Origin: Cyanophora paradoxa CCMP329
Lineage: Eukaryota; Plantae; Glaucophyta
NCBI GenBank assembly: GCA_004431415.1
Contig: QPMI01000553.1
Location: forward strand, 1-64,000
Direction of reading: 5' to 3'
DNA: 64,000 nt
Shown here in pieces: positions 8,231-20,800 of the stretch. Within the stretch, counting starts at the first letter, position 1, and each line of letters begins with the position of its first letter. The position numbers were made by a program, and so were the translations under genes. The notes below the pieces were generated by a model. It was not told the DNA's origin. It was given only the letters and a program-made list of their open reading frames with translations, and ran no database searches.

Positions 8231-11200
8231 GTCGCCTACATTCATCTCCTCGTACTGCCTCTTGTCTGTGGCCTTCTTTTCCTGACAACCGCAAGGGCGC
8301 AAGGTCAGTGCTGCAATGTTCCTTCAAGCCTGCCTTAAGCTTTCAGATCGTTCTGAATGGAGAGCCGCGCCGGCCGGGCGGCCCCGCGCGCGTCCCCTCC
8401 AGAAGCGTCGATCGCGACCTCGTACAGCTTGACGTGGGGCAACCAGGGGCCGGCGGGGCTGCGGCCCCAGTACCAAGGGGGCGGCGCCTTCTTCCGCAAC
8501 GCATCCGGCCTCTTCTTTGCCGTCGTGGGCGGCGAGGACAGGAGCGGGTGGCCCCCATGGGCCACCGACGACGTCTGGGTCCTTCACGTCGGTGCGCGCG
8601 CGCTTAATGAATACGTACACTAGCGCCTCAAATTGTATAGAAGGCGCGGCAGACTGTGTGCTTAAAAGGCCTTGTTGAAGGCGCGCGCGTTGACGCGGTA
8701 GGGTCATCGGGTGTTAACTTCAAAGGCTTGTTGATGCCTCTGCTGCCCGCTGCCTCTAGCCCCGACCCGCCAGGCTAGCGCTGGCCCCTGCCCAATTTTC
8801 CTCCACACTCCTGCCAGGCTGGCCTGGCCTACTCGGCCCCCCGGCCTGCTGGCCTTCTCCCAATTCCCCCCTCCTCCTCCTTCACTTTTCCCTTCCCCGG
8901 CCCCTGCACTTTTCCCTTCCCCGGCCCCGAATATATGCCCATGGCCAGCGGTGTAGACGTCGACGCCGATGCCCATACCCATGGCCAGCGGACTCTAGCG
9001 ATGTGTCCAAGGCTTGTTCAGCGATCCCCCCCCCCCCCCCCCCCCCCCTCCTCCTCCTTCTCTCCCCCGCCCCCCCTCTTAACTACTCACTTCCAATTCC
9101 TTCTCTTCCCCCGATGCTATGCCCAGCAATATAGACGCTGCGGGCTCTAGCTACGTGCTCAAAGCTTGAAGCTTGTTCATGCTCGCACCGATCTGTTCCG
9201 CTCCGCATGGCCAGCGAGCCGGAAATGGACGCGAGCTGCAGCCAAGCAGCCGTTCAGCGCCTCAGGGGCGAAATGCGCGTTCAACGCCGACGATCAGCGT
9301 GTCTACTGCGCCGGTGCGAATGCGATGCCCGTGTGGCGAACAGCGGGGGACGGCGCCGGCACGCGACCGGTTTTCGATGTTGACATTAATTAATCCGGGC
9401 ATGCATATGCGAACTCAGGTGGCTTTTATGGCGGGGAGTACGTGACGCCGACCGCTGTGAAGTCAGAGTTCTGGAGCTTTTCTGCCGATATGAACAGCAG
9501 GATTGATCTTCCGAACATGCCGCTTCCTCGTTACGGACACTGTCAGCTTTGCACATTGCTTTCTTTATGCAGAGTGCCTTTTTTTGAAGGCGCTGTCGGG
9601 CGCAGGTCTCACGGTTTTCAATGGGAGCGTCTGGGTACGTGAGCTTCCGGAAGTTGACGTCACTTCGCAGTTTCAACGGTGCAGCAGGTTATCGCAGGGC
9701 GAGAAAGAAACGATCTAATCAGGCGCGCTTAATATAATAAATTTGCAATCACACCGCATTTTGTTCAAATCGGCCTTACAATTCGAAATCGTGCACATGT
9801 ATTTAATCGCAGGTACTCAATCGCCGGCACCAATCAGACGTGGACTACGGAAGTGCCGAACGGGAATTCAATGATGTCGAACAAGCGCCACGCCGCTTGC
9901 GCACGCCTCGGCTCAAAGTGGTTTCTGTCCGGAGGCCAGTACCTCGATGTTAATGGAAACAACGCGATATCGCGAGAAATCTAGTGCGTAGATGGCCGCC
10001 GCTGTCTATTCTCATTGTTAACGCATGCATTTGAACTTTAGCGAGATTGATCTTGCAGCTGACGTCCCGCGACTCTATCGGTGCGCTCGAGCAAGTGTCC
10101 CCCCCCCCCTCCCCCCCCCTCCCCCCTGCTCTAGATTTCCAAGCCCGTGCGTGTGTATGCACAGGTACGTTGGGACGTACGGAATGTCCATCGCCAGAAC
10201 GTTCAGCCACATTCTCGGGACTTGCTACGGCCTCCTTGCTTTTGTCCCCTTCCGCCAATCCGAAGATCTCGTGTCCTCCCCGCTCCTCCTGATAAATGCT
10301 ACGGGCACGTACACGTAATTCGCGTTCCGCGCTCTGATATGTTGATTAATAATGCTCGCGCGTGCGCGCGCCTCGCTTTCAGATGGTTCCATCGCGCACA
10401 CTGGAGCGAGCACGCTATTCCCGTTGAGATTCGCAGCGTACGACACGCTTTCCAGCTTGGACTCCGACCCGCCCTACAACAAGTCGTGCAAGACGTGTGC
10501 CTCTAGATCTGTTCAATTTGAATTCCAGTGCGGAGGTTTCACTTGAGCTATATGTATGTGCAGGATCGCAGCAACCGGACTACTGTACCATGCACTCTCG
10601 TTCATCGATAACTTTATGTCGGGCGACTTCTATGAAATATCCGGTGCGTCTCCGTATTGACTCTATGTCTTAATGACTTTAATTTATGCCGGGGGACTTT
10701 ATTGAGATGTCTGGTGTGACGAATAGTGCATGCACGCATAATAGAATCTGATGCTGATCATTGTCCGTGCGCGCAGGAACGGTTCCGGGCAGTGCGATTG
10801 GGCGACCTTCGAGCCCACCCCCATACTACAATTTATTCATTACGGCCTCGAGTACGCTCGTAGACATGGCGGTTTTCTTTAGCGCGTTCGCACGAGAGTC
10901 TGCGGCCGGCGTTCTGTTCAGCAATCCGTCGGGAAGGCAAATGCTCGCTGCTGTCGGAGGGGAGGCCGCCATTGACGTCGGCGTCCGGTCCCTGCGCAAC
11001 GACATCTGGGTCCTCGATGTAGGTTCGCTTTGTGGTCGCTCGTCGTTTTCTTCTTAGCTGCATACCGCATGTAGCCATGTACAGTAATGTTATCTGAGAG
11101 CGTCTGATTTGGCGATCCTCAGAGAGTGCCTTGGACAAAGGCACCGGCGCTCGCACCGTCGGAAGGCCCAGGCGCGAGCTGCGCATATGACGGCGCGCAG

Positions 11201-11580
11201 ACAATCTATTGCTCGCGTGCGTTCCTTCCCTTGCCAACCAGCTTCCTAGCGCATTGCGGCATCAAGCATGCGGTTGTATGAGGGCTTTTTCAACAGGCAA
11301 CAGCTCTTTCTTCAGCTATCCGAGCGAATTGGAAAACCGCACGCTTCTTCCGAATCCGCCTTTGCCCGTCACATACCATTGTATTCGTATTTTCATTGGC
11401 TTGTGCAGCGGGCTTGCTTGCGTTCTCTCTCACGCTCCCACAGGTTTAACCTTCTACGATGGCGGCGTGTGGGTAGGTTTTCGATTTCGCAATATTGATT
11501 ACGTATACGTATACGCTTTCATGATCGTCGCTGCCGCAGTCCGCAATGGGACAAAATGCTAGCTCTGCGGCGAGGAGTGA
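8231..11580 (+). CDS. Multi-exon secreted-type kelch/beta-propeller protein (may be the 5' part of the downstream receptor kinase)
   Basis: Signal-peptide-like LLVLPLVCGLLFLTTARAQ; kelch-like exons AVVGGED...DDVWVLHV, MPLPRYGHC, KWFLSGG, AAVGGE...NDIWVLDV, PPLPVTYHC; GT-AG introns. Start codon and end are uncertain. Confidence 0.55.
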
Positions 11581-11854
11581 TCTATACCGGTCTGCGATTT
11601 CTGAATTCGAAATTCCGATCTAAAATGAAGACAGCACCTCTAGATCTCGGGTTTAGCAGGTCCAGATCTAGATCTAGCCGGCTCTCAGATCTGGAGTCTA
11701 TGGGCTGAGGGCGCTGCGCGCACGCAGGTACGACGTGGTCAGGCGGACCTGGGGGCTCGTCATCGCACACGAGAGCTCCGGCATAGGGGGGAGGTGGCGG
11801 TGCGGCTGCGCGCGCATCGGTGCGTCCCGCTCGCGATCGATCGCCCTCTTCGCG

Positions 11855-14800
11855 ATGGCCGTCGCTATGGAATCCCCGATATCGGGCACCAATATCGACA
11901 TCACGATCAGGAAGCAAGATGTATTTCTATGGAGGCCAGGCGATGGACGGGGACGGGGACGCGCTCGGCCCTTCGAGTCATCTGTAGTGCGCGCCCATCC
12001 CACCAGATGTTCGCCAAGCGATCACGCAGTTATTTTGTATTGCGCGAAACGCAGTGAGGTGGATCTCGCGCTGGGAGCTCCGAAGCAGTACCGACTCGTC
12101 GGATCCTACGGACTTGCCAGCGATAAGGGGGCGCTGGGGGCGTGCTCAGGCCTGCTGGTGCTCATTCCAGGCCACCTTTGCTACTATCAATCCCCGCGCA
12201 CAAGCACGCTGCTAGTTAACCCGTTAGGTGAGCCTGCATGTGCTGAAAGCTTATGGCGATGAATTCTCCTTTTAACTTGCAAAACTGTATTGACCCTACT
12301 ACGATGAGCAGATGGAGCTGTGCTTTTAAGTGTTCCAGACTGTCCACGGGCTTCGTATATGTCTCTGGATTCGCCCTCCGGCGAAAACTCTGGATCCTGC
12401 AGATTGTGCGTCGGCGTATATCTATAATCACCTACTCTCCTCTCTTTCGTTCTTTCGATCCATCCATGAGTTTTACTTTCTAATGCATCCGTACGGCCCG
12501 TGTACCGTACTTGTAGTTTCGCAGCCGGAGGTAATTCGGGGACAAACGTTGACTCTTATACCAGTCTGCTTCACAAGATCGAAGGCAAGTTCTCTCTTTC
12601 AGCAAAAAATAATCGGTAATGTCCAATGCGGCAGGGAGCCTCCCCTTGGTCTCTGTCTCGTGGATCGACCACGGCTCCTCGACTGAATTTCGCAGCGGAG
12701 ACGTTGCGACCGTGCTCTACGCATCCGCCAGCCGCGCTTTCGTTCCCCTGTTTGCCGCGATCCGCCCTGTCGGAGATGAAACACCCCTAATGGCCGGGGA
12801 GGAATACAACCTGACTTCGACCATCGGAGCGCTCTACACTTCGGGCGGCGCTGTGAGCTTCAGGACCCCGGCTGGGCTGAACAGCGGCACGTACCGGCTT
12901 CGTATTTGGTCTCCAGCGGGAGAGAACATGCAGAGCCCGACATTCAAAATATCGCCTTGTGCGCTGTCATCTTTAAATGTAATACTGACACATTAGCAAG
13001 CTCACTTGTGAGCCCTGGGGTTGCAGGGAATCTGATAGAGATTCGATATCCGACTGCCGGTCAAAAGGTTCCGCTGAAATGGAGTACGGCGGTGACTCTG
13101 AACATTGGTACGTCTGCCAGAGCTTACATAATAAGCTACGTATACTGAGCTCATGCGTACGTTCCTCAGCATGGGATTCAGCGCTTTGGTCGTTTCTGGG
13201 GAGTGTCTACCTGCTTCCCAGCGTGCTCGATCGCATTACGGTAATGGATTTTAGGTCGCTAGCGCTGTCGCCGACAGCCGAGTCGACCCGACGAATGGCA
13301 TTCCGCAGTCTTGGACCGGTCGGTTCGTGGGAACTGTGTTCATCGACGCGGGGCAGAATTCCACCGGAATCTCGTTGGCGAACGACACACTGCCAGGCGA
13401 ATATGTCATTCGAATCGTTGATAGAAGCACCGCCTTGCTCGCTCATCAACTTCTTCCGTACATCTCCATCACAACCCCAGGTCTGCGAATGCCATAAACA
13501 GTACATGTCGCTATCCTCTAGTTTGATATCTTGTATATTCATGCGTCTGCCAAGGCTTATGTTGAGCGGCCTTATCATAACTTGACCTCTCGAGCAGATT
13601 ATCCATCGGATCCTACCATCGTGTCGGCGGCTGTCGTCAATCAGACTTCGATGACATTCGCAGTGAGCTTCTTGAAAGGGCAGAACGCATCGAACGTGGA
13701 AGCGAACTGCACGCGCGTCAGCCTGGCCGGCACTGTCTACGCCGCGAGCATCCCAGTGACCGACGCGGACGCGAACATCGCAAGAGTCAACCTCGCGCTA
13801 CCCGTTTCCTTTCAAGGAAACTATACTTTGAGCTGCACGGTCGCGGTCGTCAATACCGCTGGCAGGAGCTCTTCCTTGATACTCCTCGAATCGATAGAAG
13901 TTCCAGCCGGTGCGACAGCATCTGATACCACCGTCGATATCTTGCGTGTCGTAATTGTGCGCCCCCAGCCCCTCCTGATTCTCCATCGCTCGCGACGTTG
14001 TCCGCGCTCAACTCCACGCAACTGTCCTTCCGTGTTAGCTTCACCGCCGGCCAGAGCGTCGTCGCCATCAATGTGAGCTGCGTTGGGTTCGGCGGACCGT
14101 ACGTGGTTGGCGCGCCGGCGACAGATGCCGACGTTGCCGCTGGCGGCGTCGCGGTGCAACTCACTGTGGCGCCATCTTACGGCGGAAACTACGCTCTGCG
14201 TTGCGCGGCGGCTGCACGCGCCGCGTCGGGACTGGGAGCAAGCAGCCCGGAATCTGACGTAACCGTGCCTGCTGGTGCGTGCTTACTTGACATTCGCACA
14301 AGAACGGGCTAGCACTGCGCGCTGGCGGGTCCGGATCTTCAGAACTCGCTGATTCGTCGAGCCTCGCAGCTCGGCCGTGGCGCCGCGCGTTCTTTCGTCA
14401 TCAGCCGTGAACACGACGCAGGCCGCGTTCACCGTTGGTTTTGCAGAAGGGCAGAACGTCACGACGATACGAGTCAGCTGCTGGGGATTCGGCGGGCCGT
14501 ACGCGGGCAGCGTGTCAGTGACGGATGGGGACGCGGGCGGGGCGAGCTTGCTGCTACCCGTTGAGCCGTCGTATGGCGGAAACTACACGCTCGACTGCGC
14601 GGCGAGCGCTCGCTCAATTACAGGGCTCGAGGCGAGCTCGGATACGGTTCGGGATGCGGTGGCCGTGCGTGCAGGTGAGCGCGGCGCAGCTCATGTTTCA
14701 TTCATCCAATGGCGCTAATCGACTGCGCCGCCACAGCCGCCCCGCGCGAGCCGAGATTCGAGTCCCTGGCAGCGACCAATGGGACCCTGGTTGCGTTCAG

Positions 14801-17800
14801 CGTTGCGTTCTCGGCCGGACAGAGCGTGTCGGAGGTCGAAGGACGCTGCGTCGGCTTCGGCGGCCCGTACACGTTCAGCGCGGCGGTGGCCATGGCCGAT
14901 GCGAAGACAAGCAGCAAGGCCTTCTCGCTGTCGGCAATGCCATCGTACGGAGGGGCCTACTCGTTGAACTGCACGGCAGTGGTCCGTGCTGTGACCGGTC
15001 TCGCGGCAAGCTCGTCGCCAGCGCTTGTTTCAGTTCCCCCAAGTGCGTTGCGTTTTCCCACGGCCATGCTTCCGAGGTGGTTCGAGACATTAGTGATGAT
15101 ATCGCCGCAGCTCCGCCGTCGGCGCCGGCGATACTCTCGGCAGCAGCGGTGAACTCCACCCTGGTATCGTTCAGAGTGCAGTTCGCGGGAGGACAGAATG
15201 TCTCGGAGGTTGCCGTGAGCTGCACGGGCTTCGGCGGCCCATACGCCACGCGCACAGCGTGGCGAGAAGATACCGGAGGGTCGCAGGCTTTCACTCCGGA
15301 GATCAAAGTGACTGCGTCGTTCGGGGGAAACTACACATTATCGTGCGTGGCCACAGCGCAATCAGTACCCGGGCTAAGAATGAATTCAACGACTGTGCAA
15401 GCAACCGTCCCAGCCGGTGCGATCTAGAGAGATAAGAAAAATGTATCTTTCGGCCCTCTATGATTATTTTTCACAGAGCCTCCTTCGGCGCCGTCGATCG
15501 TCTCAATCGCACATGTCAACGCGTCGCTCGTCGCATCGTTAGTCCAGTTTGCAGCCGGCCAGAACGTCACATCCATCGCAATTCGATGCGGCCGCATCGA
15601 GGCAGGTTCACCGTTGGCGTTTGTCTCGACTAAGAGCGTTCTCGACGCGAGTGAAGCACGGCCGGTGGCCCTCAATGTGACCGTTACACCGTCATACCAG
15701 GGCGGCTTTACTTTGAGATGCTTTGTCGAGGTTTTGGCTCGATCCGGACTCGCAACCGCTGCAGTAGAAGAGAGCTTGGTCGCAATGCCTGCAGGTATAG
15801 CCGCGCTCCTTAAAAGTTTTATAATTACGTTCGCCAACTTTAAAGTCTTAAAGTCCTTAAAGGTATAATCGCGCTCCTTTAAAGTCTTGTCATATAATTA
15901 CGTTTGCCAACAACAGCTGACCCGAGATATTTGCGTTTGCTTCTTTCGCAGCCCCTCCTGATTCTCCATCGCTCGCGACGTTGTCCGCGCTCAACTCCAC
16001 GCAACTGTCCTTCCGTGTTAGCTTCACCGCCGGCCAGAGCGTCGTCGCCATCAATGTGAGCTGCGTTGGGTTCGGCGGACCGTACGTGGTTGGCGCGCCG
16101 GCGACAGATGCCGACGTTGCCGCTGGCGGCGTCGCGGTGCAACTCACTGTGGCGCCATCTTACGGCGGAAACTACGCTCTGCGTTGCGCGGCGGCTGCAC
16201 GCGCCGCGTCGGGACTGGGAGCAAGCAGCCCGGAATCTGACGTAACCGTGCCTGCTGGTGCGTGCTTACTTGACATTCGCACAAGAACGGGCTAGCACTG
16301 CGCGCTGGCGGGTCCGGATCTTCAGAACTCGCTGATTCGTCGAGCCTCGCAGCTCGGCCGTGGGCGCCGCGCGTTCTTTCGTCATCAGCCGTGAACACGA
16401 CGCAGGCCGCGTTCACCGTTGGTTTTGCAGAAGGGCAGAACGTCACGACGATACGAGTCAGCTGCTGGGGATTCGGCGGGCCGTACGCGGGCAGCGTGTC
16501 AGTGACGGATGGGGACGCGGGCGGGGCGAGCTTGCTGCTACCCGTTGAGCCGTCGTATGGCGGAAACTACACGCTCGACTGCGCGGCGAGCGCTCGCTCA
16601 ATTACAGGGCTCGAGGCGAGCTCGGATACGGTTCGGGATGCGGTGGCCGTGCGTGCAGGTGAGCGCGGCGCAGCTCATGTTTCATTCATCCAATGGCGCT
16701 AATCGACTGCGCCGCCACAGCCGCCCCGCGCGAGCCGAGATTCGAGTCCCTGGCAGCGACCAATGGGACCCTGGTTGCGTTCAGCGTTGCGTTCTCGGCC
16801 GGACAGAGCGTGTCGGAGGTCGAAGGACGCTGCGTCGGCTTCGGCGGCCCGTACACGTTCAGCGCGGCGGTGGCCATGGCCGATGCGAAGACAAGCAGCA
16901 AGGCCTTCTCGCTGTCGGCAATGCCATCGTACGGAGGGGCCTACCACTAGTGAATCAGGGGGTGTGTTCTTATGCGTGGAACAGGCATAAGAACCGAAAT
17001 TCTAATGGAAAGTGACCATAAGAACACAGCTTTCTTACGGTCCGATTTGTATGGTAACCGTGTGACAAACCATAAGAAACGGGCCATGATTCATTGGAAC
17101 AAACGTAAGAGTCCTACGGTTGTTCCACGGTCAGCTGTTCTCATGCATGAGAACATGCACTTTATAATCAAATATAATAATATATTGTATATATTGTATC
17201 CGCCGCCGGCGGCCGCCGCGCGCCAGCGCCCCCGGCCGCGCCACGCCGGCGCCCCCGGACCCAGTGCCCCGGCTCATGCACCCCCTGGCGTCCAGGTCCA
17301 GCGCCCCCGCGCCCCGCGCGCCCCCGCGCGCCTGTGGTGCCCGCCGGCGCCCCGCCCCGTCCCCCACCCCTGCCCCGGGCCCCCGCCCCTGCCCCCGGGC
17401 CCTCAGGCCTCGACCCTTGCTCTTGCATTCAGGAATATAATTTTATTCAATATGTGTTCAACGGTTCACTTAGCCGTGTGCTAAGTTGGGTGGGGGACGA
17501 GCCTCGGAGGAGGGGCGGGGCGGGAAAGGGCGTGGGCGTACCGCGAGAGTGTTGATAGCTCTGCAGAAAATCGAAGTCAGCTTCCCAGACGCACAAGGCA
17601 ATAATGAATAATAATCTATCTAGACGGCAAGGTCTGGCACCAGCGACGGCACCTGAGGGCCGTCGCTAGAGCTAAGACCCCACCGTCTAGGGCTGAAGCA
17701 TAAGAATTTCTGTTCTTATGCACAAGAGAGGGGCTCGTTCCATTAGAATTTCCGGTTCTGCTGCTTGTTCCACCCATAAGAACACACCCCCTGATTCACT

Positions 17801-20800
17801 AGTGTACTCGTTGAACTGCACGGCAGTGGTCCGTGCTGTGACCGGTCTCGCGGCAAGCTCGTCGCCAGCGCTTGTTTCAGTTCCCCCAAGTGCGTTGCGT
17901 TTTCCCACGGCCATGCTTCCGAGGTGGTTCGAGACATTAGATAATATTGCCGCAGCTCCGCCGTCGGCGCCGGCGATACTCTCGGCAGCAGCGGTGAACT
18001 CCACCCTGGTATCGTTCAGAGTGCAGTTCGCGGGAGGACAGAATGTCTCGGAGGTTGCCGTGAGCTGCACAGGCTTAGGCGGGCCCTACTTGGCAACCCT
18101 GCCGATCGGCAACGCCGTATCCTGCGGGTCCTTATGCGAAGTCGAAGTCGATTTGAACGTTACGCTGTCTATGCAGGGCAGCTTCCTCATCGCGTGCCGC
18201 GCCTCGGCTTATTCCGTCGTGTCGGTTGCTTCGTTTCTGTCCGAGGAAGTCCAGCAAAGGGTCCCTGGTCCGTTATAAAAAAATTGAATGTCCACTTCCA
18301 TGTTGGACGACCGAGCGACCTGCGATTTATTATATTATTCGAACTGCAGGCATTTATTCGATCTCCAAGAAGGAATGGGGAAGTGTCGGCGAGGCATCGC
18401 TCTCGAAGGGAGCGCTCTTCCGGAGCCTTTCTGGGCGCCGCATGTTCCTCGCAACTAGCACGGCATCCCCAGTCGTGTACTTGTTTGACACGGGTTCAAA
18501 CCTGCTGTATCGTATAATGAAAAGCGCCGAACCAAACGCTGTCGCAGAGTCGGGCGAATGGACCGAGGCGGCCGGGGTATTGCCTGCAAACAGCCGTAAT
18601 ATGCAGTGTGCATGGGACTCGACATCGACCATCTTTTGCGCAGGTATCATTTTCCCCATTTTTGCTTCTTTCTCAAACGATTTTGGTTTCATTAAAAGCT
18701 AACCGCCCCCAGGTGGATTTGCAAATACGTCATCGATTGTGGTGTCCTCGTTTCTGAGCCTCCCGACAAGTCTGGATCTGGGCGCTCGACTGGATCTGCC
18801 CGTCATGCCTACTGCAAGGGCTAACCACTGTGAGCGCTAACGTTGTTTGGAGCTGCTGCAGTCGAGTGTTCAGGTATTCAAATTGCCGATTCGCAGGTAT
18901 GTCGGTATTCAACAGGAGTGTATGGGTCCGCTGTTGTCATTGAAGTTTCATAATTAGACGAGAGTTTTTTCTGACCGCTTCATCTGTTTTGAATTTCCGA
19001 AGATCCTCGGAGGAATCGGTATCGACGGAGCTGGACGAAACGACCTCGTACGGTGACCACTTTAATATTGAAGAGGCTAGGTGCTTTCCGCCTTTGATTG
19101 ATTTACCTTGATTGCATTGAGCAGATACTATATCAAAAGTCGCAAGTGGATCGTTGAAATATCGAACGGAAACCTTGATATGCCGCGCCGAGCGAATCCT
19201 ATATGTGCACGAACTGGTGCGCATGCGCGATGGGCATGTTTACAGTCTGATGACGTTGTGCGCAGGTCCCATGTGGTACATTTCGAGCACCTATGCAATC
19301 GCGAACGGAGAGTCGTCTGTTACATCTATTCAGTTCGCTTCCCATCATCATTTCAAAATCATTCCGGGCTCGAATAAAATGATGCGAATGTTGCGTGCGC
19401 GCAGTGAGGTTACTCTATCCGATCTCGATATCGATGCGAGCTGTTGTCGAACGTACCGTTTTGTTGGGGCGTTCGAAGGATCCAAGGCCGCGCAAGCCTT
19501 GCTCGGCGCCTGTCAAGGCATGTTGCTTGTTCTTGGTAGCAGGTCGAACGTAACGATCGTTGATCCCGCCGGTGAGTCGTGCATATAAATCGCGATCGCG
19601 CCACAAATATATATGTGTGCGCGCGCACTCGCTGGGGCGAGCTTGGTTCTGATCGTGGCTTCCACATCACAGACGGCACAGCGAAATTCACTCGCGAGCT
19701 AGCACTTCCCTCTTCTTTTTCGGCTTATGACAGCGACTGCGCGGCGTGTCTGACGTTCGCCGTTTATTCAATTTCTGATCTCGCAAGCCCGATCCTTTGC
19801 ATGCGCAAGGTATAATTCAATTCCCGACTGCGCAGTGTGATTGGAGGCGGGGCGAATAACGTAAGCACTTTGACTGGTGCGCCGAGATCTTGCGTGCGGG
19901 GGCGTCGACACGCGCAAGAAGTGAAATGGATTTTGTTTTCGCACAGGGACGCTGCCGCTTGCCAAGGTCGATTGCTCGTACCCCTCGCCGGGGGAGCTTC
20001 CCGCCGTGACGCCGTCTCTGGAGCCCACCTCTACCCCGAGCCCTTCGAATTCGCCCTCCCCGTCCCCGTCCCCGATCCCTTCTCCTCCGTCGGCGCTCGC
20101 CTCTCCTACTCCAACTCAGCGGCCGCAGACGGAACAGCCTCCCGGCCCCGATTTCCCTCTTGCCCAACCCTCCCCTTCCGCATCTGCTGCGCCGCTACCA
20201 CCGGCTGTGGTGGTCTCGCTCTGGCTCTCGGTCCCCGCGACGCGTGACGAATGCCTTTCCTACATTGAGCGCGTCTCTCCCGAGACAATGTCCCAGTCGC
20301 TTGCACGTGCCATCCTCGCCTACTTGAATGTAGCAACGACCACATCCACGGTACCGGTGTGCACTGGATTGAATGCTTCGACAGCGGCAGAGCTGGCTGA
20401 CTCGGCGATCTCTCATCGACAGATTCGAATGCGGGTCGAAGAAATGAAGTGCGGTTCGATTCTGTTGCGTCTGTCGATCCTGAAATCGGCGCCGGCGAGC
20501 TCGGGCGCGGGCACGGGCGCCGGCGCTGCTGCTCCGCCGCCGGCCGCGGCCGCCGCGTACGCGGAGGTGGAGCTGGAGGCCCTGCAGGCGCTCGTGAACC
20601 TGACCCAGGACGGGCGTCTCGTCCTGCCGGGCCTCGAGGACCGCATCGTGCAGTCCCTCTCCAACGTCTCCTTCGCCGGCGCGACGCCGGTCGGCGACCT
20701 CTACGAGGCGCTCGCCAACGGTGCCGTCATCACGGCCGGCACGCAGAAAGGGCCCGCCCCTTCGAACCCCCCCGCGCTTGCCGCGGACACGTCGACGTCA

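Larger units (their letters stand above)
13597..18270 (+). repeat. Array of about ten one-exon FN3/Ig-like repeats (about 100 aa each)
   Basis: Each exon reads P..P....A.N.T...F.V.F..GQ.V....V.C.GFGGPY...V..SYGGNY.L.C.A......GL.......VP and is flanked by phase-1 introns. Confidence 0.85.

Noticed and set aside
8700-9150. Possible small transposon in a kelch-gene intron
   Set aside because: It has internal short direct repeats and C runs but only a 7-bp CATCGGG/CCCGATG match, with no convincing TIR or TSD.
16950-17802. CACTA element removed cleanly as an intron using the GT and AG in its TIRs
   Set aside because: That splice leaves 10 extra nucleotides and shifts the frame.
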